A DNA stretch of 64,000 nucleotides from Octopus sinensis (taxonomy: Eukaryota), in assembly GCF_006345805.1 (NCBI RefSeq), contig NC_042999.1, positions 173,786,001 to 173,850,000 on the forward strand. Direction: 5' to 3'. Shown one piece after another: positions 39,880 to 53,480 of this stretch. The notes below the pieces were generated by a model. The model saw only the letters and a list, made by a program, of their open reading frames with translations. It did not search any database and was not told the DNA's origin. The translations under genes and the position numbers were made by a program. Each line of letters opens with the position of its first letter. The first letter of the stretch is position 1.

Positions 39880-40480
39880 AATGGAAGGAAGGTTTAAATA
39901 AAGTGGGCTAGAGAATTTAGACCGTGATGGATTTATGAATATGGAGAGAAAAATGAATTTGCTATTCCAGACAGAGGCTGTAATCTGAGCGGCCTCTATG
40001 CAAAACCAGCCCAAACACAAACAGATGCTTGCAGGCAACAAACGGTCGAGCAGAATTGGTACAAGACCGGGATCTTATTCCTAACGATGTTCTAATTCCT
40101 AACGATGTTCGACAAAACGGTCAGCTAGATGCTAACCAGTTTGTCTAATATACAGGGAGAGGCAAAGAGTGCAGAGGTTGCAACAAATCAAATTACTAGT
40201 GATCCCAGAGAATGAATCAGAGATGGGGTAGGGTCGGTGGTGGGTATCGCTGAGGACGGTGCTGTTGGAGCAGATGGAGCAGGTGTAGCAGCGTGGATGA
40301 AAGCAAGGGAAGGAGTCACGTTGAGTACCAGGAGGGGAAAAGAAGTTGCGAACCAGTAGATTGCGTGAGTTGTGAGCTCGATTGACAGTGTGGGTGAGTA
40401 GGGAAAATGTCAAGGGTGAAAGGATCGGATAGGAATTGGATGAAAGTGTGTTGGAGAGGTAGGGAGGATTTATGGTAGAT
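39880..40480 (-). mobile_element. Penelope-like element EN fragment, Neptune-like Cys linker
   Basis: RAHNSRNLLVR...FPCFHPRCYTC...SNLICCNLCTLCLSLYIRQTG then LADRFVEHR; 17-nt tandem duplication near 40077-40110. Confidence 0.75.
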
Positions 40481-41366
40481 AAGGAGGAAAGGGACATTGT
40501 TTTCATTAAGTTTCTGTAAAGCGAGAACTCACTAACGGACAATACGCACGAACACACACACACTCGTACACACTCATACACACAAACATACACGCAGTGA
40601 CACACATATATATATACTAGGTATGTAGGTATATTTTTGCATGTATTAATATCTGTCTTCCTGCATGTCTATGGATGTTTGCATATGTGCTAAAACGTGT
40701 TTGTGTGTATGCATGCCATGTCTGTATATATCTTGTAGGGAGATATGTAGATATAGAAAGATACGCACGGTTGCCTTTAACATTGCTGTCACTCTTCAAT
40801 CAATCCTGGTTCTATAGATAATAAATCTATTAATTATATATCATACCAAAGCGATTCTTTTTGCTGAAATACATAACAATGACCTAAAAATACAAGAACA
40901 ATGTCTGTCCAGGCTTCTTGCCAATAGAAAAAAATACCAACTTAAAATAAAGTTCTTTACGGCTGGGTGCACAAATCACACCTAACCAAGAGGTGGGTGG
41001 TTGGAGTGGGCAGTCAAAAAATCAATGTACTTTCGTGAGTGTCATAATCTATTTTGGGGAACTATGCGGTGTCTAGAAAATATTGCAGGTGTATGGAGAA
41101 CTGCTATGAGAGCTTTTCGAACAGTCATAAGAATATATAAACCTTAAGGAGACCATATTTGAAGGATACATCAGCTTGTGACGCAAATGGCATTAGGATT
41201 TCGCTAGCCACGCATACCGACATATTTTAAGTATCTCTATATATCTCAGAAACATACACATTAAAATATTTATGCGTGTGGAGAAAGATACGTATACACA
41301 CTGAAACACACACAAACATACATACATACATACATGCATACACACATACATACATACATACATACA

Positions 41367-41397
<31 letters not shown>

Positions 41398-41428
41398 GTA
41401 TGTATGTATATATATATATATATTATAT

Positions 41429-41462
<34 letters not shown>

Positions 41463-41475
41463 ATATTCACATATG

Positions 41476-41697
41476 TGAAGATACGTGGCTTAGTGGCTAG
41501 GGCATCTGGCTCACGATCGTAAGGTGGTGAGTTCAATTCCCGGCGACGCATTATGTCATTGAACAATACACTTTATTTCACGTTAATCTAGTCCACTCAG
41601 CTGTCAAAAATGAGTAATACCTGTAGTTCAAAAGGCCAGCCTTGTTACACCCTATGTTAAGGGTACAATTGCACATTAATTTCACGAGCAGGCTGCG
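41476..41697 (+). mobile_element. tRNA-headed SINE, family D
   Basis: gtggcttagtggctagggc (A-box), gagttcaattcccggc (B-box), gtccactcagctgtcaaaaatgagta, tail aatttcacgagcaggctg. Confidence 0.75.
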
Positions 41698-41989
41698 AAA
41701 TTTGATATTAATTGGTTGAAGGATATGTTTACTTCTAGCTGCTCGTCTATAATAACCAAGCTTATACAGATATGTAACACATGTTACATATTCTGTAATT
41801 TACCTACTATGATACATATCAAACGTACCTGACTGGTATAAACGTCAGTTATTTTACAGGAACTAAAATGGTGCCAAGTATACCATAATGACATGAAATG
41901 GATAATACTTGAAATGGATTAAAAGATTTGTTAACAGTATGTATAATAATATATTGTAGTATATTAGAAAAGTTGTTATAAAGTACACT

Positions 41990-42318
41990 GCCAGTATTTG
42001 CTTTCACTTGCAAACTTTGTCTTGCTTCACGAGACTGTTGGTTTTGAATCAACATATACATTTCGACGCTGCTCACAGACTATGTCTGCTACATGCTTCT
42101 CTAGAATTGGTCAGCATGCAGTGCCTCCTCTATTTCCACATTTTGTCCAGAGTATACTCCTTAATCCTGGGTATACTTCATTTAATCTCCAAACTCATAC
42201 TATCTTCTTGGTTACACCGTATTCTCGTAGCAGCATAGTTGTTGTGGGAGTTGGCGTATGCTACCACTTTCAGCTTATGATCAGCATCATATTTCCTTCG
42301 TTTATCACTTTGAGGCAT
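41990..42318 (-). mobile_element. pogo/Tigger-like transposase N-terminal remnant
   Basis: From ATG at 42318: MPQSDKRRKYDADHKLKVVAYANSHNNYAA..YGVTKKIV*VWR...*PILEKHVAD (HTH/CENP-B-like); possible terminal sequence near 42965-43048. Confidence 0.6.
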
Positions 42319-43049
42319 GGGATGGGTTACAGTTGCTGGAAATTAATGTTCGCCCAGTGAGAGTACAGCTGCTTATGAAAGAGTGACAATTTGAGCCTTT
42401 TCAAGAAACCTTGTCTGTAAATGTTTAAAAGTAACCGGTAATTGTAAGGTTTATTGTGATTGGTCTGACTGACCCGAACTGGCAAGTCACAGAAGGTACT
42501 GGTACATTCTGCTAATCTGCAGTTACAGGTAGGTTAGTTACTGTAAACTACACTTTTCCAGAAAGCTTTCGGCTGGGTGAGCCCTATATGAGAGAGCGCT
42601 CTAACGAGACAATGTCAACAGAACGGGCCCTGGGACCCGGCTGAACGGGCTGATTGTTTACATTTTCTGTTCGTCAGCTGTTGCAAATGGCGACTGGTGT
42701 CTGTCCGTTATGTTTGTTGTGCTGTTATTTTAATATAAGCTTACTATTAATCCAGCTTCTCAAACATACTTGTAAATACCAGTAGAAAATACTGAGTTGT
42801 ATAACCATAGGAACCTGTTTTACAGTGTTCCCCATCGATATGTGCAAGTATCAGTAGAAAGTACTGCGCAGTAGAAGCACAGGGTCTATGCGAGTGCTTT
42901 ACACTGTTCTCCATTATCATTGCTACTACTCTAAAACACAGGAAGTTAAAGTTCAGATTTTATACGGGGTATATAAGACGACCACTAGATTTGAGTTGAT
43001 TTTTTTTTAAAGTTCAAATTGCATCATGTACGCCGGCATATGCGATATG

Positions 43050-43084
<35 letters not shown>

Positions 43085-43430
43085 CCTTCACATATCTCAT
43101 CTCTTCATCACAACATTCACCCACCTCCCTACTCTATTTTTTACTATCGACCCCAACGAGTGCCTCGGCTCAGAGATTGCAGGATACGTAGCATATTAGG
43201 CTATGATTTATATTGCTGCCAGTTGGAACTACTCCTAGTTGTTCAACTATGTATGACCAGAAAATTAAACAAGGTTTACTATTTTATTATGTCGCTTTCA
43301 GAATAATCTTTTAATAGATTTAGCTAGAGAGCTGCTGTTATACTGGGACATCACCGTTTCTTTTGTTACGCTTACACTTTCATTAAATATTTCCACATCT
43401 TTTGGTAATTTCCATTATCTAGAGTCTCAA

Positions 43431-43464
<34 letters not shown>

Positions 43465-43467
<3 letters not shown>

Positions 43468-43629
43468 CGTAGGAGAGGCCGTGTGGTAAGTAGCTTGCTT
43501 ACCAACCACATGGTTCCGGGTTCAGTCCCACTGCGTGGCACCGTGGGCAAGTGTCTTCTACTATTGCCTCGAGCCGACCAAAGCCTTGTGAGTGGATTTG
43601 GTAGGCGGAAACTGAAAGAAGCCCGTCGT
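43465..43629 (+). mobile_element. SINE family A, short form
   Basis: Head and body of family A between (TA)n tracts; identical to the 45520 copy except one G. Confidence 0.92.
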
Positions 43630-43760
43630 ATATATGTATATATATATATATATACGTGTTTAAGTATATAATTATACTGCTGTGTCTGGGGAGAGTCATT
43701 CTCTTTTAGTGCCTAACACACTCACCGGTAAAATTTCCACTTATTTCTTATTTTTATTTT

Positions 43761-43797
43761 CTAAAATTTTCGATGCGTCTTGCAAACTTTTCAATAG
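43761..43797 (-). ncRNA. Hammerhead-like motif with putative U3-A8 core variant
   Basis: Minus strand: CUA-UUGAAAA-GUUUGC-aagac-GCAUC-GAAA-AU-UU/UAG; imperfect stem II, palindrome AAAAUUUU. Confidence 0.35.
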
Positions 43798-44469
43798 TCT
43801 TGACTCTGTCCGTTATTTACCCTGCGTTCTCTTTTGTTTGTTTGTGCGCATGTGTGTGGGTCAGTGTGTGTGTGTGTGTCTATACATGCATGCATGTATG
43901 TGTGTGTGTGTTTGCATGTGTATGCATATATGTGTATGTATGCATATATATGTGTATGCATCTGTATGTACGTATCCTGCATATTTATGTGCTTGCCTGT
44001 CCGTGTTTGTGTATTTTATATGTATGTGTGTGTGAGCATGTGTTTGTATATGTATGCACCTCTGTCTCCTTGTGTGTGCATATCTGTGTGTGTGTGTTAT
44101 GTAACTATGTACCATGTTTGTATGTATGGATGTGCATCTTTATATGTGTGGATCCGTGTCTCCATATGTGTGTTCTTGTAACCTATGTACCTATCCCTCT
44201 GTATGTTGATCTGTTTATTTACATATCTAAATGCTTACATACATAAACAAAATAAATAAATAAATAAGTAAATAAAAATAAAAAATATTTTTAAAATATT
44301 AAAAAATAAGAAATATAAAAAATATATGAAAACAAAAAAAAACAAAAATAATAATGATTTATAAAAAAAAGAAAAAGGCATACACACACACTCACACCCA
44401 CATAGATACATTTATCTACCTAACAGTTCACTAACTATTCTACTCTAATGTGTAAACTGTGGGTATGGA

Positions 44470-45495
44470 GGTATGGTATTTATTGTGTATATTTCCTATT
44501 TAATATTGGGTAAGTTTCATTTATAAAGACGTACTCCCGTATTTGTCTGAGCGTTGGGTCTTTTGGGTGCTTCGATAAGATGCGGATGTCAAGTTGACCC
44601 AAGTTACCTCCATGGTGGTCTTCGGCATGTTGGTAGAGTATGGAGGACTTTTTTCTGTCATCATATTGTCTTAGATGTTCATTTATCAGATCCGCAATGC
44701 TCCCCTATGACGTCTCCCCTATGTACATCATGTTCATGTCCTTACAAGCACCTTCTATGCATCTTATACTGTAAACTACATTTCGAGTTCTACAGTTAAT
44801 CCCAGGGCTAATTCTACATACCATGCAGTTATCATTGGTGCATATGGTATTCTTAAACGGGTATGTCCTACATGGTTGTGATCTGACGGAGTTCCCTGGC
44901 TTTTCAACAATTTTAATGTTGAGTTTGGTCTCTTTCAGAGCTTTTCTAAATCTACGGGCTAGTTCTCCATGTGGCCACTACAAACATACTCCTTGATATT
45001 TGTCGGTTTTATACCACGTGTTCGCCATGTTTGCTTTGTCACAAGATCTTTGTATTCTATTCCATTCTTTGTTTCTATATCTAGGGCAGGTACCACTGGT
45101 ATAATTACGTATAATGTTATCTAATTTCTTTCTACCCCCCACCCTGTATACACAAACCCTATCTTTCTGATCATATCCAGAGAACTGCATGCGGTGTATG
45201 AAGTTTTGTATATGTTCTTCATTCCATAGGGTTCGCATAGTGCGGACACATTGTTCATTATTCTAACTAAGTCTTCTATCAGTATGTTAATTTTCATGTT
45301 GTGTGACAAAGCTGAGTTCTTGTGAACAACATATTTTGAAGTTACAGGTTTCATGTAATAAGAGTGGAGGAGCTGCACTCTATTGTTCACAGTCTCTAAC
45401 CAAAGTTCAGTATCAAGTACAGGGAGTCTATTGTTAGGGTGCTTAGTGGGGTAATCTATAGTTACCTTGATACTTTGGTGAACGGAGTTAGCGAT
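44470..45495 (-). mobile_element. Penelope-like element remnant (RT thumb + GIY-YIG EN), third lineage
   Basis: RLPVLDTELW...HSYYMKPVTSKYVVHKNSALS..., HIQNFIHRMQFSGY, CRTRNVVYSIRCIEGACKDMNMMYIGETS*GSIADLINEHL; stops and frameshifts. Confidence 0.8.
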
Positions 45496-45519
45496 TATAT
45501 ATATTATATATATATATAT

Positions 45520-45683
45520 AGGCGTAGGAGAGGCCGTGTGGTAAGTAGCTTGCTTACCAACCACATGGTTCCGGTTCAGTCCCACTGCGTGGCACCGTGG
45601 GCAAGTGTCTTCTACTATTGCCTCGAGCCGACCAAAGCCTTGTGAGTGGATTTGGTAGGCGGAAACTGAAAGAAGCCCGTCGT
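45520..45683 (+). mobile_element. SINE family A, short form (near-identical to 43465)
   Basis: Shares variants aggagAggcc, caccGtggg, ctatTgcctcgAg and gtagGcgg with the 43465 copy. Confidence 0.92.
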
Positions 45684-45758
45684 ATATATGTATATATATA
45701 TATATTATATATATATATATATATAATATATATATATATAATATATATATATATATAT

Positions 45759-45823
<65 letters not shown>

Positions 45824-46036
45824 TATATATGCACAAAATTTCTTCTTAAGAAAATGCATATTCAAATAAGTAAACCATAATATCATGAATAGCGATAGCG
45901 AAACAGGTCGATATATTAAAAATTATATTAAAACTATGTAAAGTGTGCGTATTTTCCTTTTTTAAATTCTTATATATATATTACAACTCACCACGTCGGG
46001 ATACTGTTATTATATATATATATATATATAATATAT

Positions 46037-46073
<37 letters not shown>

Positions 46074-46888
46074 TTTTTTCGTGTTACACTAAGAAGCGGT
46101 GAACGGCACCAAAATGTTTCGAATCGAGTCTAATATAAGAAACTACTCTAAATCGTTGTTAGCCTATCCGCATAAGTGGATTAAAGTCCTATAAGTTGCA
46201 ATAATGAATCCACAACAAAGTAAATCCACGCTATCAACTATTTTAAAATTGTCGTATATTAAAGAATACTGCCTTCAGCGCACTAGTTTGTTTACAGCTT
46301 GCATCGACGTTTGTAATGTGTATGTTGTACACACAGCACGTAGAACGGTGTCTACTGCATATTATAAAGTTTTATTCTGTCATCTACCTAATCACAATGC
46401 CTAAAGTTACAGAAGAGAAGACACAAAAGAAATAATATTAAAATTTCGTGATAAATTAGAAGAAAATGGAAGTAGGCTTAAATAGAAGTGTGTTACTCAC
46501 AGATGCAACATCGGAACATCGTTAATATTAAGGACTAAAAGCAAAATCGAATCATTTAGATTTTTCGTAAATATTTTGAGCCTAACTATGAAAGTGAAGA
46601 AGAAAATCTTCATCAACCAAAATTGAGATAATATATTTCCCGAGTTTGTTTTCATTGAAGCGGATGTGCATATAACTCCATCTTTACCTAAGTAAATCTA
46701 AAGTTTTTGATAAAAAAACGTATCTCTCCGATAGTTTGTTGACCAACCCTTTAACTCTCTTGATGCCAACCCACCTGTGTTCGCCTCTTAATCTATATGA
46801 CTTCTTGAATTAAAGCCTATCAAAATTCTGAATTAAAACATAACAAAATTCGATGTTATTTTATGTTTTAAAAATCAGCTAAAAGGGA

Positions 46889-47062
46889 TTTCTAATTTAG
46901 GCACAGGCCAGCAGATTTGAGGGAAGGATGTCAGTCGAAACTTTTCACAACAGGGTTTGATGGGTATTGCTGAGAATTTTATTGATCCTGGAGGAAAGAA
47001 AGGAAACGCTAATCTCATTCATCTGCATTTTTCTGACGCTTTAACAATTTTTCCAGCTCGCT
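46889..47062 (-). mobile_element. SINE family B (highly diverged)
   Basis: tttctaatttaggcacaggccagcagatttgaggg...ttttattgatcctgg...tttccagctcgc. Confidence 0.5.
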
Positions 47063-47081
47063 AAACACAAACAGCAGCATA

Positions 47082-47284
47082 ATAATCTTTTCTACTCTAG
47101 GCACAAGGCCCGTAGTTTTTGGGGAAGGAACCAGTCGATTAGATGGACTACAGTACGCAACTGGTACTTAATTTATCGACTCCGAAAGGATGAAAGACAA
47201 AGTCGACCTCGGCAGAATTTGAACTCAGAACGTAAAGACACGAAATACCACTAAGCATTTCGCCTGGCGTGCTAACATTTCTGC
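47082..47284 (-). mobile_element. SINE family B
   Basis: cttttctactctaggcacaaggccc...ctggtacttaatttatcgactccgaaaggatgaaagacaaagtcgacctcggcagaatttgaactcagaacg. Confidence 0.9.
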
Positions 47285-48989
47285 TTACAACAGCTTCATA
47301 ATGACAAAGTTATTTTACTAAATTTTTCTTTAATTCTAAAATAAATTGAAATAAATACAGTATGTTTCAATCGAAATATGATAATAAAAGGGTAAGAAAA
47401 CAAATAAGATAGGGTCGGTACTAAATGACAACCAGATTCAAAATCAATACCCAAAGGAAACCGAATGATTTTTGATTTGTCGAGAATATAATCTTTCAGG
47501 CAATCATTTATATATAAAAAGGCCTCTAGAAAACGATAACATTGACAAGTTTGAATGGAACGTTTCTATAATTTCAAATATGATTCAGAACGCTAGGCTG
47601 TTACACGTGCCCCTAATATATCTTCGTAACACGGAATAAAGTTTAAAATCTTAGCAATAAGTTTCATCATCTTACGGTCTTGAATGAAATAATGGTAGCT
47701 TCTAATAAAGGCCAATCGAATGCATGGATAAATAACATTTCAAAATTGTTTTACATGAGAGCGTTAAACAGTTCGAAATTCGTGGTAAACCTTTCGGCAC
47801 TAAATATATTTCACTCCATGATAACTGTAGGGCCCGTCCCCACGGATCAATGATGGTTTCAGATTGTGGAGATATTTCTTCGTGTTATTTCCACTTAACC
47901 TCACTCCTCTCATACAGCAATGAGCCAGGGAATTACCCAGCATTTCAAATGCCATTATAGAAATAATTTTACGAAATAATTAATCAACGGCGAAATTTCT
48001 ATTCGAAACTTTCAATGCCAATTTTCAATTAAGGATGCGCACTTTACATCTCTTGTTGCATGGACCTCTGCTAAATCACTCAATCTTTTGAGAGCTTTCG
48101 CCTATTTTCATGTTTGACAATATTATTTCTGATGATTAAGATGAAGGGGATTCTGATGGTTTTAATATTAGGTAGGGAAACAATGCAGACAGTACAAACA
48201 ACGTCCATTGAGAATCCTTTACATAATCTCCGAGATAAAATTATCAATGACTGGATTTGAGGTGACAACGATATTGAATTACCCAAAACTTTTTCACATC
48301 ATGAGATTATTGATATTGGGGTTGATCCCGTAGAAAAGAGATGCATCAATTTGTTTCGCTGAAGATGATAATGGAAACGAAAGAATTGAAAAGGTGTATT
48401 AGAATAAAGTTAAACCATGCCTGGATATGATTAGTTCTTGTTTTGCACAGAATTCGAATTTCGCTGTGCAACAAATAATGCAAGCTTAAAAATGCAATCA
48501 TCAACTACAAATTATAACCCCGCCAAAAAGAGAAAAATTTGAAAATTTGTAAAGAAATCAATTGATTAAATTGATATCCAGAGTTTTACCAAAAGCGTTG
48601 CCGGTCTTTCCTCTCCCTAATCCATTATAGAATTCAAGGATTGACGTACCTCTGATACGCTGCCCAGAATCACATCTCGGTCTCCACTTGACCCACAACA
48701 CCACTCCATTAAAATGAAGAACAATGAAAAGATTTGTCTGAGGTGGCGATCACACCATTCCGCCCGGGAATCTTTGCGGATGCTGCACCCTAAACATATG
48801 CCAACGCATTATTACAAAAGTGTGTTGATACCAGATTGACATTCTGACCTATTGGTTGCTTCTCTTCCTTAAGACACACAAGATTATAAACTCCGCTCTG
48901 AGCAGATGAAAACTGATAAAAAACAATGGTTTACACCTTAATAAGTGACGGAGATGAATATATTTCCCCATTACAGCCTGAACTTTCAG

Positions 48990-49124
48990 GTAGATCTTGC
49001 TCTCAACTCATTTGTGGGAGTAACTAACCACTCTGCAGTCGTTGATCAGAGAATGGAGATTTTAAAAATTGAATGCAGGAAATACCATATAAGCAATCAA
49101 AATGAGTATACTATTACTGACAAG
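48990..49124 (+). other. Candidate symmetric coding exon (45 codons, phase 0-0)
   Basis: actttcag| at 48989, open frame VDLALNSFVGVTNHSAVVDQRMEILKIECRKYHISNQNEYTITDK, donor aag|gtaagg at 49125. No recognised homology. Confidence 0.2.
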
Positions 49125-50504
49125 GTAAGGAACAATAATTATTGAAAGGAGCAAGAACGAATTGAGTGATACTGACAGAAAAAGAATAAACGCAGTTAAA
49201 TCCAACCAGTTATCCCTGATGCCTTGGGAACTGTGATGAAGAATTTTAGTGTAAATCTTTGAAAGCGAGTGCAAAAAAAAAAAACTATTTGTTTGATTCG
49301 GCACGAATTATCGGGAGATTCTTGGATACGAAGTAAAATCAGATATGAAAAAATCATAAAATATCATTACAAGAGATTTTTTTTACAAAAGGGAGGGAAA
49401 TGCTTTTCATCTTAGACCACGAATTATGGTTCGATAGACAGCAGAATTAACGCTGTTACAGCATCAACACCGTATAGCTGCAGTTTAGTAGTAGTAGTAG
49501 TAGTAGTAGTAGCAGTAGTAGTTGTAGTAGCAGCAGCAGCAGCATTTGTACTGTCCTTTGTTCCACGGCCAAATTTTTTTATTGTACGGCCAACTTTGCA
49601 TTCTGTTTGTGGAGTTTCATTGTTATATGCAAGTAGTGTATTATACATTATTCATAACATTAATAACCACGCTAAAATATAAATACTCTGCGCTAATTAA
49701 ATATAATTTGTGCAGTGACTTCGATAAAAATTCTTTATAATGTTTGTATAAAATACGTTTTTTCATTAAATATATTTTGGACAGCTACTGCAATAAACAT
49801 CTTTTCAATAGAACTTTAAATGGGAACCATGATGTGAGCAGAGCAGATCATTAAAACCAGTAAGACTACTATATAACTAGGTAAATTATCTTCTTTCAAA
49901 AACCTCTAACAACAAATTAGACTTGTAACACTATATTACAGGAATTTCTCTGGCCCTGCTCTATGTTCATTATTAAACACAAATGATGTATTGAAGCTGT
50001 CATTATCATCATTCATCTATTCATCCATTCATTCATCCACCTTTAGGAAGAAATTGCCTGACATCATTTGTGTGACTAGTTTCCAAGGCGTTTTAATATC
50101 TGCGGTCATGGTTTCATTCTAACAAATCAAGAAAATTCCCAAATCTCTTTTTGGATACAGAGCACCATGACAACGGAAAAAATTGAACTTAATATCGTAG
50201 AATATCTAAATTGCTGGAAATTAAAAAAATTATAATACTGCTGATAAGAGAACTATGAAACTTTACTGTAGCTACTCAAAGTAAAATTTTACACAATCTG
50301 TGTGTATATATATATATATATATATACATACACACGCGCGCGCACACACATACATCTGTAGATCAGCAGTAAGGACTTTCTAAAGTATTAAGGGCAAATC
50401 CCAAATGCGTAAGAAGCTATGAAATGCGCCTGTATAGAGAAACACACACACACACACACACACACATCTATCTATCTATCTATATATATATATATATATA
50501 TATG

Positions 50505-51405
50505 TTGGGTCATCCCACAAATAATGCAGTTTTTTTTTATAGTTCTTTTATTTTTCATAATTAAGATAAACAAAGTTCCTTTTTAATCTAAAATATACTC
50601 TCCTTCATTTTCTACAATGCCTTTTCATCTATCTGGTAGACTTGCAAAGCCCCTCTTCCAAAATTCACTTCTCCGTGAAGAAAAATACTCCTCCACTACT
50701 GTTCTGACCTTGTCGATAGAATTCGTATTTTTTCCGTCTAAATGAGTTTGAAGACTGTGGAATAAATGATAATTAGATGGGCGAACATGGTGGATGGAGC
50801 ATTGTTTCCCATTCAAATTGCTCCAGCCTTTGGAAAGTCATTCTCGCTGTATGTGACCGAGCATTATTCTGATGGAAGAACACCTTTCGTCTTGAAACCA
50901 AATATGGTCGTTTTTCATCTAGCGCTGACTTGAATGACTGGTTGAATGTCCAAATCCAAGCTTCTCTGCTACTTCCTCAACAGCTAGGTTGGGATTTTGC
51001 ACCACCAGGGTGTGCAGGACATCTTCGTCGAGCTCTACATATTTTCCAGGACGAGGCTCGTCTTCTAGGCTGTAGTTTCCGGCTCGTAATTTCTGGAGCA
51101 ACCATTAGCTTGCGCTTATTGTCCGACACCCATATACTGCATTAATATTCCTCGCATTTTCCGTTGCGTTGTTGCCTTCATTGAACTCATGAGGTAAAAC
51201 ACGCTCCTCTGTTACTTCCATTATAGCTTTGAAAAAAATAACTGTTAAAATAGAACTGCACTCTTCAAAATTTGCACTAAGAATAAGTCCAAGGTAAAAT
51301 TTTTGCCTTCTTTTATAGTAAGTTGATGCAGATTGTTTATTCCGTTCTCCTCCGACTTTTAGTTCATGCAATTGATAAAACCGCATTACTTATGGGATGA
51401 CCCAT
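50505..51405 (-). mobile_element. mariner element, internally deleted, non-autonomous
   Basis: TIRs 50507-50533 and 51377-51403 (24/27 match). KLRAGNYSLEDEPRPG...LGFGHST joined near 50935 to KRPYLVSRRKVFFHQNNARSH...NYHLFHSLQTHLDG...EFWKRGF; the segment carrying the first catalytic Asp is missing. Confidence 0.9.
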
Positions 51406-51414
51406 ATATATATA

Positions 51415-51724
51415 TTGTATTTCATTATTGTTTTTTGTATTTTATATTCGTGTGGCATCGTCCGTTTTTCTGTCCCTATTTCGTATATATTCGATCCTTC
51501 TTCCAAGAAATCTAATGCTCGTAGCTTAGTTTTTCTAATGCTCGTAGCTTAGTTTTTCCTGTGGGCTGGCCGGATCGGAGAGATCTCAAGATTAATCAGC
51601 CGAAATTGCTACGATGATCCGGTTCTTGACTGAAGATTGAGGGCTTCGAATGTCTCGTCCGTGTTTTTTGTATCGTCTTCTAAGCGTTTTGCGTTCTTGT
51701 CCCAGTTTGTATTTTTCTACATAT
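51415..51724. repeat. ~290-310-bp direct repeat, copy 1 (pLTR-like), with a 23-bp internal tandem duplication
   Basis: Matches 52343-52628; ctaatgctcgtagcttagttttt duplicated at 51512-51557. Confidence 0.9.
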
Positions 51725-51868
51725 AATAATAATATATTTGGCGGCGTCCGTACCCCCTTGACACTTATGTGAGCACATATTCCTGTAAACTTGGTACGAC
51801 TCTATACACTGTCTCTCTCTCCTACATTTCTCTGCCTTTCACACTTTGCATTCTACTTTGATCTGTCC

Positions 51869-51924
<56 letters not shown>

Positions 51925-52342
51925 CTCCCCCTTTTCTCTTTTCTTGTCTCTGATTCTTTGGTCTACTCTTCCCTCACTCTTACATTTCTCTGTCTTTCTT
52001 ACTTTGCACTCACAAGTCATTCTTTGACACCCACTCCTTCTCCCCTCTCTAATTCCTTCTTTCTCTCTCTTCTCTCCCCTTTGTTGCCTTCGTCCCTCTT
52101 TTTTCTCTCTCTTTCATTGTTTCCTTTGCCCACTTTCTTTTCTCTTTCTTCTGTCACGTGACCGCTGGTCAAAATCAGCCTTTTGGCCTTCGACCACCGC
52201 CGTGAGAACATCTGTTGTCTTCGTCTGCCGATAAAGGCTTTTTTTCCCAAAATACGCCAGCTAAACTTGTACTGTTATTAGTCGTAAGACTGTTTTCGTC
52301 CTGTTTTTACCATTATTGCTTTTTGTATTTCATTTTTGTTTT

Positions 52343-52628
52343 TTGTATTTCATTATTGTTTTTTGTATTTTATATTCGTGTGGCATCGTCCGTTTTTCTG
52401 TCCCTATTTCGTATACATTCGATCTTTCTTCCAAGAAATCTAATGCTCGTAGCTTAGTTTTTCCTGGGGGCTGGCCGGATCGGAGCGATCTCAAGATTAA
52501 TCAGCCGAAATTGCTACGATGATCCGGTTCTTGACTGAAGATTGAGGGCTTCGAATGTCCCGTCCGTGTTTTTTGTATCGTCTTCTAAGTGTTTTGCGTT
52601 CTTGTCCCAGTTTGCATTTTTCTACATA
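52343..52628. repeat. Direct repeat, copy 2
   Basis: Matches 51415-51724; both end in atttttctacatat followed by (AAT)/(TA)n. Confidence 0.9.
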
Positions 52629-52652
52629 TAATAATAATATAATAATAATAAT

Positions 52653-52707
<55 letters not shown>

Positions 52708-53260
52708 TGCCGTAATGTTTCACTTCCACACACGCCGGCTTAATTTGATTCGTCTTTAGTCGAATGATACATGTTGTTAATGTCCTGTTGTTTGCATCTG
52801 TATTTACGTACCATTTCTCCGTTTTTTCCGTCCTTGTTTTCGTATGCATTCTTTGTTTTCTTCCATTTAAGTTGCAAATATACTTCACGATATTGTGCAG
52901 CTATATTTATTATTGTATGTTTACAGTTATTTATTATTGTATGTTTCCACTTTCTCGAGATCAGTGATTTTCGTCAATGGAATATATATATATATTTGCA
53001 TTGAGAATCATTTCTCATCCCGGTGGCTGTCACACCCCGATGATGCGTCAATATCAAGAAACTCGGGTCCGTGTGTATCACGTCAGGCTGGAGATGAGAA
53101 TGACGACTTCCCTTTGCAAATATTGACTGGGCACAGATAGTGTGTCAATACACACTCACACACCTATACATGCATATATAATTATATTTAAACTATTTAC
53201 ATTTTTTTTTACATTATTTACATTTGACGGATATTTGTCCTCATCTTGTTTGTTCTTAAC

Positions 53261-53303
53261 ACAACGTTTCGGTTGGTATACCCTCCAACCTCCCAAGGTG
53301 ACT
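53261..53303 (-). ncRNA. Degenerate hammerhead-like fold
   Basis: Minus strand: CAC-CUUGGGA-GGUUGG-aggguaua-CCAACC-GAAA-CG-UU/GUG; stems present but the CUGANGA core is broken. Confidence 0.35.
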
Positions 53304-53393
53304 TGTGAAAATTTCGAACCTGGGTTCTCATTTCTAAGGTATTTTCGGAATCTTAAATATAGAACCATAATTATGTTCAAATATAATTATATA

Positions 53394-53480
<87 letters not shown>

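Noticed and set aside
48080-48286. ORF starting MGNSIS (myristoylation-like)
   Set aside because: The start codon is TTG, not ATG; no homology recognised.
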